Part shown: positions 18,459-28,941 of the stretch, one piece after another
Layout of the letters: each line of letters opens with the position of its first letter
How positions within the stretch are numbered: the stretch's first letter is position 1
Made by a program: the position numbers and the translations under genes
Origin: Clostridia bacterium
Lineage (GTDB): Bacteria > Bacillota > Clostridia > Oscillospirales > CAG-272
Reading direction: 5' to 3'
DNA length: 57,154 bases
Assembly: GCA_017505785.1 (NCBI GenBank)
Contig: JAFVOQ010000003.1
Span: 1 to 57,154 of the forward strand
Notes under the pieces: model-generated
What the model was told of the DNA's origin: nothing
What the model saw: the letters and a program-made list of their open reading frames with translations, nothing else
Databases searched by the model: none

Positions 18459-19523
18459 ATGAGCATTCAAAAGCAGCATTTTGGCAAATTGCCCGATGGG
18501 CGCGCAGTTTCGCGCTATGTTTTGCAAAATGAAAACGGCGCGGTAGCGGCTATTCTTGACTATGCGGGTGCCGTTCAGCAGCTGCTTGTACCCGATAGAA
18601 AGGGACGATTGGTTGACGTGATCGGCGGCTTTGATAATGTGCTTGATTATTATTACGGTAACGGATGCCAAGGTTCTCTCATCGGGCGTTTTGCCAACCG
18701 TATCAAGGGCGCAAGCTTTGTGCTTGATGGCAAGACCTATATCCTCGCACAAAACAACGGCAACAACCACATTCACGGTGGCCCCACGGGCTTTTCGCGC
18801 AAGCTGTGGGAAGCGATCCCCGTTGACGGTGCAGAGCCTGCTCTTCGCCTTCGTTATGTGTCGCCCGACGGCGAGGAGAACTATCCCGGCACACTTGACG
18901 TAACAGTTACCTATACCTTAACTGCCGATAACGCGCTTTCGATCCGCTACGTTGCTACCACCGATAAGCCAACCGTTGTAAATATGACCAACCATGCTTA
19001 CTTTAATCTTGGTGGTTTTGCCTCGGGTACGGTGCTTGATCACGAGCTTTGGATCGATGCCGATACCTATTTAACTACCGATGATGAAAAGATTCCCACG
19101 GGTGAGCTGCGCTCGGTCGCGGGAACACCCTTTGATTTCCGCAAATCAAAGACTGTAGGGCGCGATTTTGACCTTAAAAACGAAGATATGCGCCGTGGCG
19201 GCGGCTACGACCACTGCCTTAATTTCACGGGTGGTGAAACGAAAGATCCAGTTTGCCGCGCATCGCTTTACTGTGAAAAAACAGGCATTGAAATGAAGAC
19301 CCTGACAAATATGCCATGTGTGCAGCTCTATTCGGCGGGAGGACTTCGCAATCCCAATTACCCCTTAAAGGGTGGCTATCCGCAAAGCCCGGAAAGCTTT
19401 ATCTGCCTTGAAACGCAAAAAATGCCGGATAGCATCAACCAGCCCCATTTTACCAACGTGGTGTTGCGCCCCGGTGAGATCTATGACTATACTACCGTTT
19501 ATGCGTTTGGCGTGAGAAAGTAA
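18459..19523 (+). CDS. galM: Aldose 1-epimerase (galactose mutarotase)
   Basis: Motifs GRFANRI, HIHGG, NYPG, NMTNHAYFNL, GYDH, CLETQ. Confidence 0.93.
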   Translation: MSIQKQHFGKLPDGRAVSRYVLQNENGAVAAILDYAGAVQQLLVPDRKGRLVDVIGGFDNVLDYYYGNGCQGSLIGRFANRIKGASFVLDGKTYILAQNNGNNHIHGGPTGFSRKLWEAIPVDGAEPALRLRYVSPDGEENYPGTLDVTVTYTLTADNALSIRYVATTDKPTVVNMTNHAYFNLGGFASGTVLDHELWIDADTYLTTDDEKIPTGELRSVAGTPFDFRKSKTVGRDFDLKNEDMRRGGGYDHCLNFTGGETKDPVCRASLYCEKTGIEMKTLTNMPCVQLYSAGGLRNPNYPLKGGYPQSPESFICLETQKMPDSINQPHFTNVVLRPGEIYDYTTVYAFGVRK

Positions 19524-19580
19524 CCCCGTAAAATGAAATAAGTTCTTTTATCCCCCTGCTTTACATAAGTTAAAGCGGGG

Positions 19581-20774
19581 GTGATTTTTTTGAAAAAAAC
19601 GAAAATAATTTCCGTGCTGTTGGCAGTGATACTTTGCCTTTGCTCGGTGATCACAGTGGGGGCTACTACTGTAGAGCCTGCTGTGATCGATACCCAAGAA
19701 ACAGCTGTAAGTGCTGCACTCGGCGACCTTCCCTGTAAATCAGCCATTTTAATGGATGCTACCACGGGGCAGGTGCTTTTTGAGCAAAATCCCGACGAGG
19801 CATTGCCACCCGCATCCGTAACAAAGGTGATGACGCTGCTTTTGGTCATGGAGGCTATTGATAGCGGTAAGCTTTCCCTTGGTGACATGGTTAGCGTGAG
19901 CGCACACGCGGCATCCATGGGCGGCTCACAGGTCTATCTAAAGGAAGGGGAAACCATGAGCGTTGAGGAAATGCTCAAGTGCGTGATTATTGCTTCCGCC
20001 AACGATTGTGCCGTGGCGCTTGCAGAGCACGTAGCAGGCAGCGAGGAGGCGTTTGTAGCAAGCATGAATGCCCGTGCAGCAGAGCTTGGCATGAAAAATA
20101 CGCATTTTGAAAATACAAACGGCCTTGACGATACCGCCACCAATCACGTGACCTCAGCCAGGGATATCGCAATCATGTCGCGTGCTCTGATCTCACATAA
20201 AAAAATTCTTGAATATAGCGGTATTTGGATGGATACGATCAGAGAAGGCACGTTTGGCCTCACGAACACCAATCGCTTGGTGCGCTTCTATCGCGGGTGT
20301 ACGGGGCTGAAAACAGGCTCTACCGCACGCGCAAAATTCTGCATTAGTGCCACTGCCGAGCGTGAGGGTGTATCACTGATTTGTGTGATCATGGCGGCTG
20401 ATACGCGCGATGAGCGCAACAATACCGCCGCCAAGCTTCTTGACTACGGCTTTGCCACCTACAGCACGTATCGCGCAAAGGAGGGAACTCTTACACTGCC
20501 CGTGCAGGGCGGCGTGAAGTCCGCTTGCTCGCTTGCGTTTGATGCCTTTGCCGCAACCGTTGAAAAGGGGGCATCGGGAAATGTCAGTGCAACCTTGGAG
20601 TTGCCCGAAAGCCTTACGGCACCCGTTAGGGCAGGTGAGGAAATTGGGCGTGTGGTATATGTGCTTGAAGGAAAGGAAATCGGTTCTGTTCCCGTAATCG
20701 CAACGGAAAATATCGATAAGATCAGCTTTGGTACGCTGTTTTGGCGCATTTTACAGCAATTTTTGCTTTTGTAA
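19581..20774 (+). CDS. dacF: D-alanyl-D-alanine carboxypeptidase (S11, DacF-like)
   Basis: Signal peptide. Catalytic SxxK (ASVTK), SAND and KTG motifs, plus GGSQVYL and NTNRLVRFY. Confidence 0.85.
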   Translation: MIFLKKTKIISVLLAVILCLCSVITVGATTVEPAVIDTQETAVSAALGDLPCKSAILMDATTGQVLFEQNPDEALPPASVTKVMTLLLVMEAIDSGKLSLGDMVSVSAHAASMGGSQVYLKEGETMSVEEMLKCVIIASANDCAVALAEHVAGSEEAFVASMNARAAELGMKNTHFENTNGLDDTATNHVTSARDIAIMSRALISHKKILEYSGIWMDTIREGTFGLTNTNRLVRFYRGCTGLKTGSTARAKFCISATAEREGVSLICVIMAADTRDERNNTAAKLLDYGFATYSTYRAKEGTLTLPVQGGVKSACSLAFDAFAATVEKGASGNVSATLELPESLTAPVRAGEEIGRVVYVLEGKEIGSVPVIATENIDKISFGTLFWRILQQFLLL

Positions 20775-20884
20775 AAACGGTTTGGAAAAAAGTTCCAAGA
20801 AAATTAAAAAATCATCTTGCATTTTTGGCATTGGTATAGTAAAATGAGATTGACAAACAAATATCAAACAGAAAGAGGTTTCAA

Positions 20885-22225
20885 ATGGCAATACGTTTGA
20901 TCGATAAATATGCAAGCTCTTTTGTAACCGAGAGCGAATATGCATCTATGCAACCCATGGTTGCAGCCGCACACGAAATGCTGCACACAAAAACAGGCTT
21001 GGGCAACGATTTCCTTGGTTGGCTTGATCTGCCGCGTGATTACGACAAGGCAGAGTACGCTCGTATTAAGGCAGCTGCCGAAAAAATCAAAAAAACCTGC
21101 GATGTTTTCATTGTGATCGGCATCGGTGGCTCTTACCTCGGTGCACGTGCCGTGGTGGAGTTTCTCAAATCTCCGCTTTATAATAATTTAAAAAAGGATA
21201 CCCCCGACATTTATTTCTCGGGCTGTAATATCAGTGCTTCTCATATGCAGGAGCTGCTGTCCATTTGTGAGGGAAGGGACGTTTGCATTAACGTCATCTC
21301 CAAATCGGGTACTACAACCGAGCCTGCGGTTGCCTTCCGTGTATTCCGTGAGCTGCTGGAGAAAAAGTACGGCAAGGAGGGCGCACGTGAGCGCATTTTT
21401 GTCACGACTGACCGCGCACGCGGCACGCTAAAGGGCTTTGCCGATCAGGTTGGGTACGAAACCTTCACGGTGCCCGATGACGTAGGTGGCAGATTCTCTG
21501 TGCTCACCGCAGTGGGACTTTTGCCCATTGCTGTTTCCGGTGTGGATACCGATGCGCTGATAGTGGGTGCCGAGGCAGCACGCGTTGCACTTGTTGATCC
21601 TGATCTTTCGAAAAACGATTGCTATAAGTATGCAGTACTGCGCAATATTTTGCTTCGAAAGGGAAAGACTACCGAAATTTTGGTTGGCTATGAGCCCTTT
21701 ATAGAGATGCTTTCGGAGTGGTGGAAGCAGCTGTTTGGTGAGAGTGAGGGCAAGGACGGAAAGGGCATTTTCCCTGCATCGGTTATTTTCTCTACCGATC
21801 TGCACTCCCTTGGGCAATATATTCAAGACGGCATGCGTAATTTGTTTGAAACCGTTATTTCCGTCAAGGATACCGGCGCGGCATTGGAAATTCCAAACGA
21901 TCCCGACAATATTGACGGCTTGAATTTCCTCTCCGGCAAGGATCTCGGCTATGTAAACAGCATGGCACAGCAGGGTACACTCTTTGCTCACATTGACGGC
22001 GGTGTGCCCAATATCCTGCTTGAGATGAAGGATCGCAGTGCCTACTCCCTTGGCTATATGATCTATTTCTTTGAAAAAGCCTGCGCGATTTCGGGGTATT
22101 TGCTTGGCGTAAATCCCTTTGATCAGCCGGGTGTTGAGGCTTATAAGAAAAATATGTTTGCACTACTTGGAAAGCCCGGATACGAGGCACAAAAGGCAGT
22201 GCTTGATGCACGCTTGGCGAAATAA
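20885..22225 (+). CDS. pgi: Glucose-6-phosphate isomerase
   Basis: Motifs [43 protein letters not shown]. Confidence 0.97.
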   Translation: MAIRLIDKYASSFVTESEYASMQPMVAAAHEMLHTKTGLGNDFLGWLDLPRDYDKAEYARIKAAAEKIKKTCDVFIVIGIGGSYLGARAVVEFLKSPLYNNLKKDTPDIYFSGCNISASHMQELLSICEGRDVCINVISKSGTTTEPAVAFRVFRELLEKKYGKEGARERIFVTTDRARGTLKGFADQVGYETFTVPDDVGGRFSVLTAVGLLPIAVSGVDTDALIVGAEAARVALVDPDLSKNDCYKYAVLRNILLRKGKTTEILVGYEPFIEMLSEWWKQLFGESEGKDGKGIFPASVIFSTDLHSLGQYIQDGMRNLFETVISVKDTGAALEIPNDPDNIDGLNFLSGKDLGYVNSMAQQGTLFAHIDGGVPNILLEMKDRSAYSLGYMIYFFEKACAISGYLLGVNPFDQPGVEAYKKNMFALLGKPGYEAQKAVLDARLAK

Positions 22226-22239
22226 AGCGAAAAGGTGGG

Positions 22240-22280
22240 AAAAGCAAGCCAAAATTTTTCTTTGGCTTGCTTTTCTTTGT
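22240..22280 (+). terminator. pgi terminator
   Basis: AAAAGCAAGCCAAA..TTTGGCTTGCTTTT. Confidence 0.75.
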
Positions 22281-22380
22281 ATTTTTTTCCAAAACCCCCT
22301 GCAATCAAAAAAAGTATCGTGTATAATAAAGACATAAGCAGAATAAATATTCTGTTATGTTACAAAACGGAGGTATTGTC

Positions 22381-22788
22381 ATGCTCAAATTGATGATTGG
22401 CGTAAAGGGTACGGGTAAAACCAAGACTCTGATCGAAAAAGTTAATGCCGCTGCTGCTACTTCGCACGGTGATGTTGTTTGTGTGGAGAAGGGTACGCAG
22501 CTGCGTTTTGATATTAAATCCAAAGTTCGCCTTGTTGATACCGAGGAGTATCTCATTCGCGATGCAAAGGCACTTTACGGCTTTGTTGCGGGCATTCTTG
22601 CCAGCAATTACGACGTGACCGATCTGTTTGTGGATAACACCTTTAAGATCTGCGGCGGTAACATCGCTGAGCTTGAGGTAATGCTTGAAAGCCTGAACGC
22701 TCTGCTTGCTAAGCATGATGTAAACGTATTTATGACCGCTTCTATTCCTGTAGAAGACGCTACCGATACCATTAAAAAGTATTTGTAA
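22381..22788 (+). CDS. Conserved small P-loop protein of unknown function
   Basis: Walker A motif GVKGTGKT at the N-terminus, a later LFVD strand, SD GGAGG and its own TGTATAAT -10. Confidence 0.8.
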   Translation: MLKLMIGVKGTGKTKTLIEKVNAAAATSHGDVVCVEKGTQLRFDIKSKVRLVDTEEYLIRDAKALYGFVAGILASNYDVTDLFVDNTFKICGGNIAELEVMLESLNALLAKHDVNVFMTASIPVEDATDTIKKYL

Positions 22789-22946
22789 TACACTTTGAAA
22801 ATTTAGTGCCAAACAAAGACCGCTTTTTTGCTGTTTTACAGCAGAAAAGCGGTTTTTTGCGTGCGTTTTGGTGGAATTTCAATTTTCACATTTTTCGCCT
22901 TTTTTGCTATGATGTAAATGTGACTTTTCGTAAAGGAGAGGCGGTA

Positions 22947-24317
22947 ATGGGAAACTATTTCGGTACAGACGGATTTCGCGGCGAGGCGGGCATTGATCTT
23001 ACCGCAACGCATGCCTATAAGATCGGACGCTTTCTTGGCTGGTGGGGCAGGCAAAATGGCAAAAAAATGCGCGTGGCAGTGGGTAAGGATACCAGGCTTT
23101 CCTGTTATATGCTCGAATATGCCATTTCCGCAGGGCTTGTGGCATCGGGTGCAGACGTATATTTACTGCACGTGACAACCACGCCGAATATTTGCTTTAC
23201 TGTTGCCTCGGAGCAGTTTGACATGGGTGTAATGATCTCTGCCAGCCACAATCCCTATCAGGATAACGGCATAAAGCTGATCGGTAAAAACGGTGCTAAG
23301 GCAGAGGACGCCATGACCGATCAAATTGAGCGATATCTTGAGGGAGATCTTGCAGCCCTTGGCGTTTATGAAAACGATCTCCCGTTTGCCACGGGTACAG
23401 ATATCGGTAGGATCGTGGATCATGAGGCAGCAAGAATACGGTATGTACAGCATCTTATTTCCTGCGTGGGTTGTGAATTTCACGACTTTCGCATTGGTCT
23501 TGACTGTGCAAACGGTGCGGCGTCCTCAATTGCTCCAGCGGTGTTTACGGCACTTGGGGCATTGGTATATCCCATTCATACAAAACCAAACGGCACCAAT
23601 ATCAACAGCAAGGCAGGGGCACTTCATGTCGAGAGCTTGGCGCGGCACGTGCGTGCCAATGGACTTGACGTGGGATTTGCCTTTGACGGAGATGCCGATC
23701 GGTGTATTGCCGTTGATGCTACGGGTGAGGTAATAAACGGAGATCAGATACTCTATTTGCTTGCCAAGCATTTAAAAGAGCGCACAGTGCTTGCAAAAAA
23801 CACCGTCGTCACCACTGTAATGTCTAATTTGGGCCTTTACAAAGCCCTTTTGGAAAGTGGTATTTCCTACGTAAAAACCGCTGTTGGGGATCGCTTTGTG
23901 TATGAACGCATGCAGCAAAACGGCTTGGTGCTCGGTGGGGAGCAGGCAGGGCACATTATTTTATCACAGTATGCCACCACGGGCGACGGTATTCTGACGG
24001 CACTCAAAATTATGGAGGTGATGGCTTGTGAGTCAAAAACACTCCAAGAGTTGGTTGCCCCTGTTACCATGCTGCCGCAGATCACCAAAAATCTGCCCGT
24101 GAGCGATAAGAGGGCGGTTTGCGAAAACGGGGCAGTGATGGCCGCGGTTGACACGGTGCGTGAAAGGCTGGGGGACAGTGGGCGCGTACTGCTGCGCGAA
24201 AGCGGCACCGAGCCTGTCGTGCGTATTATGGTGGAGGCGGTGAGTGAGGATATCTGCCACTGCGCAGTGGAGGAAATTGCCGCGGTAGTGAAAGAAACAG
24301 GTCTTTGCCTGTCGTGA
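22947..24317 (+). CDS. glmM: Phosphoglucosamine mutase
   Basis: Motifs YFGTDGFRG, ISASHNP, FDGDADR, GGEQAGH, RESGTEP. Confidence 0.92.
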   Translation: MGNYFGTDGFRGEAGIDLTATHAYKIGRFLGWWGRQNGKKMRVAVGKDTRLSCYMLEYAISAGLVASGADVYLLHVTTTPNICFTVASEQFDMGVMISASHNPYQDNGIKLIGKNGAKAEDAMTDQIERYLEGDLAALGVYENDLPFATGTDIGRIVDHEAARIRYVQHLISCVGCEFHDFRIGLDCANGAASSIAPAVFTALGALVYPIHTKPNGTNINSKAGALHVESLARHVRANGLDVGFAFDGDADRCIAVDATGEVINGDQILYLLAKHLKERTVLAKNTVVTTVMSNLGLYKALLESGISYVKTAVGDRFVYERMQQNGLVLGGEQAGHIILSQYATTGDGILTALKIMEVMACESKTLQELVAPVTMLPQITKNLPVSDKRAVCENGAVMAAVDTVRERLGDSGRVLLRESGTEPVVRIMVEAVSEDICHCAVEEIAAVVKETGLCLS

Positions 24318-24332
24318 GCTTAATTTTATAAA

Positions 24333-24372
24333 AAAGGTGCCGCACAACGCGAAAGCTGTTGTGCGGCACCTT
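24333..24372. terminator. Bidirectional terminator
   Basis: AAGGTGCCGCACAAC-GCGAAAGCT-GTTGTGCGGCACCTT between convergent genes. Confidence 0.75.
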
Positions 24373-24379
24373 GTAAATT

Positions 24380-25141
24380 TTAATTTGCTTGTCTATCCTT
24401 GCGCAGAGCAAATTTTACGGTTGCAAAAAATATCAAATAACCGATAAAAGAGGGGAGTAATACAAGTAAAAATAAATAAAGGAGCGTTATGGGCAGATCG
24501 GAAAGATGATAGGCAAAGCCGAGCATGGAATACGCAATTTCCGATGCAATGTAGGAAAGTGCGCGAATGCCCGTAACGACACCAAGGGTGATGTAAACGA
24601 ATTTTTGCAATGGATTTTCACGGTCAAAAAGCTTGGTAAAGGGGAGGGCGGGGAGCTCGCTTTTCGGCTCTTGTCCCAAAATCATGGCTGCGCGGTCCTT
24701 CTCTTTTTTGAGCTGAGCTTGAGTTGTAAGATGCCTGTGCGTGAGAAAAACAAGGAGCGCACAGGGAAGGAGCTCAAGAAGAATAGAAACAATATAACCG
24801 CCGTAATCCAGCGTGATATCGAGTGATCCGTGCACGACCGAGAGTGCCAGCACTGCGCCGACGTATTTAAAAAGCAGCGCGCCGCCCAGCAGTGCAAAGA
24901 GTTTGCGGCAATCGGGGGCGTTGCCCACTTTCCATACACCAACAAGCAAAAAGGCTAAAACGAGGATCAGCGCGAAAATTTCAGCCCATTGCAGTAAAAG
25001 ATCCACGGCATCAAACACAAGCGTATCCATGAGCATGATATCACACGCAACGACCTCATAAAGGGGCACAAGCACCAGCGCATACAGTGCCATGACAGCA
25101 AAAACAACAATAGTGGCTGTTTTAAGAAAAGATTTTGGCAT
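24380..25141 (-). CDS. Hypothetical integral membrane protein (~6 TM)
   Basis: 253-aa ORF with SD AAGGAG and multiple hydrophobic segments. Confidence 0.75.
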   Translation of the reverse strand: MPKSFLKTATIVVFAVMALYALVLVPLYEVVACDIMLMDTLVFDAVDLLLQWAEIFALILVLAFLLVGVWKVGNAPDCRKLFALLGGALLFKYVGAVLALSVVHGSLDITLDYGGYIVSILLELLPCALLVFLTHRHLTTQAQLKKEKDRAAMILGQEPKSELPALPFTKLFDRENPLQKFVYITLGVVTGIRALSYIASEIAYSMLGFAYHLSDLPITLLYLFLLVLLPSFIGYLIFFATVKFALRKDRQAN

Positions 25142-25217
25142 AAATACTCCTTTTTACTCAATATACTGCTATCATAACACAAAGTCATCGAAATTGCAAA
25201 CATTTTCTCTCAAATTT

Positions 25218-25245
25218 GCATATTTGGCTTTTTATGGCATAGGAT
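25218..25245 (+). promoter_or_regulatory. Sporulation sigma-E-like promoter
   Basis: GCATATT..CATAGGAT upstream of the M14 gene. Confidence 0.45.
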
Positions 25246-25267
25246 AAAAGGAGTGGGAGGTGGGTTT

Positions 25268-26167
25268 ATGCTTTACAATACATCATATGATCTTGAAAAT
25301 TTTGCTGCCGTTGCCAAGGAATTGTGCGGTCATGGCGGGATCAGATGCGACGTGACAGCGCGTTCTATACTTGGCAGAGAGATTCCTGTTTTTACATTGG
25401 GAAACGGAAAAAAAGCGGTGGTTTACGTGGGTGCCATTGGTGGAAACGAGTCACTTCTTTCGCTTTTTTTGCTGGATTTTGTGCGAGATTGTATCAAGCA
25501 ACACGAAAAGGACAGTAAAATATATGATGTTTCGGTTTCCTATCTTTTGCGTGAACGACGTATTATTGTGATCCCTATGCTCAACCCTGACGGTGTAGGT
25601 TATGCCACCGAGGGGGTAAAGGCGGATAATCCGCTTCGTGCACGCGTGCTGCAAATGAACGGCACGGAGGATTTTTCGGCGTGGCAAGCAAACGCACGCG
25701 GCGTGGAGCTCTCGCACAATTTTGATGCAGGCTTTCTCTCGCATAAACAGCTTGAGCGTGCCGCAGGGATCTTAAACGGTGCGCCCAAGGGGTATAGCGG
25801 TGAATATCCTGAAAGCGAGCCCGAAACAGCAGGACTTTGCCGACTTTTGCGCTTCCTTGGAGAAGATCTGCTCGGCTTGCTCGAATTTCATTTGGGTCAA
25901 GGAGAGATCTCTTGTAGCTGTAAGGATAAGCTTTCGGCAAAAACCATGGCGGCAGGGCGCATTTTAGGGCGAGCTACGGGCTACCGCCTTATCGGCCCCG
26001 AAAAAGTATTTCCGGAGGGCGGTCTTGCCGATTGGTGTATCGAGAAGCTTTCGCGACCCGCCTACCGTGTAGATTGCGACATTACAAGATTTACACCCGA
26101 AAAGGCGCGCGTTTGCCTCTTTGAAGCGCTACGCCGCGCACTGTATACCTTCCCGTTTATGCTGTAA
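25268..26167 (+). CDS. M14 family gamma-D-glutamyl-meso-DAP peptidase-like protein with a degenerate active site
   Basis: Motifs RSILGR, IPMLNPDGV, WQANARGV..HNF, GEYPESEPET, GGLADW. The zinc-site motifs are altered. Confidence 0.8.
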   Translation: MLYNTSYDLENFAAVAKELCGHGGIRCDVTARSILGREIPVFTLGNGKKAVVYVGAIGGNESLLSLFLLDFVRDCIKQHEKDSKIYDVSVSYLLRERRIIVIPMLNPDGVGYATEGVKADNPLRARVLQMNGTEDFSAWQANARGVELSHNFDAGFLSHKQLERAAGILNGAPKGYSGEYPESEPETAGLCRLLRFLGEDLLGLLEFHLGQGEISCSCKDKLSAKTMAAGRILGRATGYRLIGPEKVFPEGGLADWCIEKLSRPAYRVDCDITRFTPEKARVCLFEALRRALYTFPFML

Positions 26168-26173
26168 ATAATG

Positions 26174-26222
26174 AATGCCCGTACGTATGAACAGAAAATG
26201 ACTGTCATACGTGCGGGCATTG
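26174..26222. terminator. Bidirectional terminator-like hairpin
   Basis: AATGCCCGTACGTATGA..TCATACGTGCGGGCATT between convergent genes. Confidence 0.65.
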
Positions 26223-26248
26223 CCTTTATTTAATTGGCTATAATAAAA

Positions 26249-27349
26249 TTATTTGTTTTTTTCAACCGATTCCTCAAAAAAATTGATCTGCTCGCCGCTG
26301 CGTGTAATGTTGTGATAGGGAAGCCCCAAATGCTCATAGGCAAGGCGTGTGACGCATCTGCCGCGCGGTGTGCGCGAGAGAAAGCCTATTTGCATGAGAT
26401 ACGGCTCGTACACGTCCTCAAGGGTGATTGCTTCCTCGCCGATCGTGGCGGCAAGTGTTTCAAGCCCTACGGGGCCACCGTCGTAAAATTTAATGATCGT
26501 GGAGAGCATGCGGCGGTCAATGTTATCGAGCCCCAGCCCGTCGATCTCTAATTTTTGTAATGCGTAATTTGCAATATCAGAGGAGATCTCACCGTTGCCC
26601 TTGATCTGTGCAAAGTCGCGCACGCGCTTGAGCAAGCGATTGGCAATACGCGGCGTGCCACGCGAGCGCGAGGCAATTTCAATCGCACCGTCATCGGAAA
26701 TGGGGAGCCCCAAAATATCGGCACTGCGCGTGACGATCCTTGCAAGCTCCTCGGGCGTGTAAAGCTCAAGCTTTAGCATAACGCCAAAGCGGTCGCGAAG
26801 CGGGGTGCTTAATTGCCCTGCACGCGTGGTCGCGCCAATGAGGGTGAAACGGGGGAGATCGATGCGGATGCTGCGTGCAGCAGGTCCTTTGCCGATGATG
26901 ATATCCAGCGCATAATCCTCCATTGCAGGGTAAAGTATTTCCTCTACCGTGCGGGAAAGGCGGTGGATCTCATCGATGAAGAGCACGTCACCCTCGGAAA
27001 GATTGGTCAGGAGTGCCGCAAGATCCCCCTGCTTTTCAATGGCAGGGCCTGAGGTCACGCGGATGTTTACGCCCATTTCGTTGGCAATGATGTTAGAAAG
27101 CGTGGTTTTGCCAAGTCCGGGAGGGCCGTAGAGCAGCACGTGATCAAGGCTGTCGCCGCGTTTTTTTGCCGCCTCAATATAAATTTTTAAATTTTCCTTT
27201 ACCTTTTCCTGTCCCACATAATCGGTAAGCGCTTGCGGGCGCAGGGACACCTCCCCTGTGTCTTCCTTTGTTTCGCCGGTGGAGAGGATGCGGTTTTCAA
27301 AATCAAAGTCATCTCCCGCGGTGAAGTCCATACCCAAATTAAAATCCAT
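26249..27349 (-). CDS. ruvB: Holliday junction branch migration helicase RuvB
   Basis: Motifs [42 protein letters not shown]. Confidence 0.98.
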   Translation of the reverse strand: MDFNLGMDFTAGDDFDFENRILSTGETKEDTGEVSLRPQALTDYVGQEKVKENLKIYIEAAKKRGDSLDHVLLYGPPGLGKTTLSNIIANEMGVNIRVTSGPAIEKQGDLAALLTNLSEGDVLFIDEIHRLSRTVEEILYPAMEDYALDIIIGKGPAARSIRIDLPRFTLIGATTRAGQLSTPLRDRFGVMLKLELYTPEELARIVTRSADILGLPISDDGAIEIASRSRGTPRIANRLLKRVRDFAQIKGNGEISSDIANYALQKLEIDGLGLDNIDRRMLSTIIKFYDGGPVGLETLAATIGEEAITLEDVYEPYLMQIGFLSRTPRGRCVTRLAYEHLGLPYHNITRSGEQINFFEESVEKNK

Positions 27350-27360
27350 TTGCGCTCTCC

Positions 27361-27981
27361 TTACATCAGTTTTTTCAGTGCGGCACGAATGATATTTTCT
27401 GTGTCAAGTGTAGCGGTATCGATACCGGAAAGTGCACGCAGTACCTCGGTGCGACTGTAACCGAGGACAAGCAGTGCCTCCTGCGCCTCGGTGATGTTGT
27501 TGCCGCCGCTGATCTGTGGCGTGGGCATTGCCGCAACCGCACCCTCAAAGGCAGAGGGCAGGGGGGCGCCTGCCGCCATTTTATCATGTAGCTCAAGAAT
27601 GATGCGCGCGGCGGTCTTCGGGCCAATGCCATTAGCGCGTGCAATGGTCTTTTTGTCCTCAGTGCAAACGGCAAGTGCAAATTTTTCGGGAGTGAAAGCG
27701 GAAAGGATCGCCATAGCGGCTTTGGGGCCCACGCCCGAAACCGTGATCAGCAAGCGGAAGGTTTCAAGCTCGCTTTCGTCATAAAATCCGAAAAGCTCCA
27801 TGTCGTCCTCACGTATGGCAAGATGCGTATAAAGCTTCACGCGTTCCTTGCCCGCAGCCGCAGGAGAAATTCTTTCATAGGTGTTGCTGCTGACCGTTAA
27901 TTTGAAGCCGACGCCGCCCGCATCTACCACGGCGGCGGTTGGCATAAGTACAGTTAAGGGACCGCTGATGTAATGAAACAT
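27361..27981 (-). CDS. ruvA: Holliday junction DNA-binding protein RuvA
   Basis: Motifs [36 protein letters not shown]. Confidence 0.96.
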   Translation of the reverse strand: MFHYISGPLTVLMPTAAVVDAGGVGFKLTVSSNTYERISPAAAGKERVKLYTHLAIREDDMELFGFYDESELETFRLLITVSGVGPKAAMAILSAFTPEKFALAVCTEDKKTIARANGIGPKTAARIILELHDKMAAGAPLPSAFEGAVAAMPTPQISGGNNITEAQEALLVLGYSRTEVLRALSGIDTATLDTENIIRAALKKLM

Positions 27982-28050
27982 AAACCCTCCATTTTTACTT
28001 AAAAATCTACAAAGTAGTAAATATAGTTCTTTTAAACAATAATATAATGC

Positions 28051-28260
28051 TTATTTTGACAAGTTTTGTTCTTGCGGCAAATTGGTCTTTTTGATACTTT
28101 TTTCAAGCTTTAAACGGTCAATATCCATGTCGCGCCCACAGCCAAGACACACTACTCGGCACACACTGCCCACGCGCAAAATTTTAAAATTGCGTCTGCC
28201 GCAGGGGTGTGGCTTTTTAAGTTCAATTATCATGTTAGGGAAAAGCTTTATGATCTGCAT
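28051..28260 (-). CDS. DUF951 family protein
   Basis: Pattern LKKPHPCG..RVG..C.GCG..KLEKSIK. Confidence 0.85.
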   Translation of the reverse strand: MQIIKLFPNMIIELKKPHPCGRRNFKILRVGSVCRVVCLGCGRDMDIDRLKLEKSIKKTNLPQEQNLSK

Positions 28261-28368
28261 TCAGCCACCGCCCTTCTTTTTTCTCTTTTACTTGTTACCT
28301 TTCAGTATAACACATTTTTTTCGATAAGTAAAGCAAAAACAATTTTTTTATTTTCTTTCACAAACCCT

Positions 28369-28397
28369 TTGACTCGCGCGCAAAAATATGATATAAT
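28369..28397 (+). promoter_or_regulatory. Sigma-A promoter for the ruvC operon
   Basis: TTGACT-17-TATAAT with a TG extension. Confidence 0.75.
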
Positions 28398-28430
28398 ATT
28401 ATATATTTTTGTGAAAGGGAAAACGGCGTT

Positions 28431-28928
28431 ATGATCATTCTCGGCATAGACCCAGGCCTTGCGATCGTCGGGTGGGGCGTGATAGAATATCGCGCAGGCA
28501 AATTCAAAACGCTTGGCTACGGTGCGATACGCACACCCGCAGGGGTGCGCACCGAGGAGCGACTCGCGGGGATCTACCGTGATCTAAATACCGTGATTGA
28601 CCACTTTCACCCTGAGGAAATGGCAGTTGAGGAGCTGTTTTTTAACACCAACATTACCACGGGTATTCGCGTTGCCGAGGCACGTGGCATTGTGCTTTTG
28701 TGCGGTGAGCAAAAGGGGCTTCACATTGCGGAATATACACCCTTGCAGGTCAAGCAAGCGGTGGTGGGATACGGCAGAGCTGAGAAGAAGCAGGTCATGA
28801 CCATGGTGACAAGCCTTTTGGGGTTAAAGGAAACGCCCAAGCCCGACGATACTGCCGATGCACTTGCCATTGCCGTGTGCCACGCACATAGCGGTGCATC
28901 GCGCCTTGCAAAATATTTTAACAACTGA
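28431..28928 (+). CDS. ruvC: Crossover junction endodeoxyribonuclease RuvC
   Basis: Motifs ILGIDPG, VEELFF, EYTPLQVKQ, DDTADALAIA. Confidence 0.97.
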   Translation: MIILGIDPGLAIVGWGVIEYRAGKFKTLGYGAIRTPAGVRTEERLAGIYRDLNTVIDHFHPEEMAVEELFFNTNITTGIRVAEARGIVLLCGEQKGLHIAEYTPLQVKQAVVGYGRAEKKQVMTMVTSLLGLKETPKPDDTADALAIAVCHAHSGASRLAKYFNN

Positions 28929-28941
28929 GCAGGAGTAGAGC

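Noticed and set aside
22947-24317. glmM as a degenerate or foreign copy (GEQAGH instead of GEQSGH)
   Set aside because: The catalytic SHNP and DGDADR motifs are intact and there are no mobility signals. One substitution is insufficient evidence.
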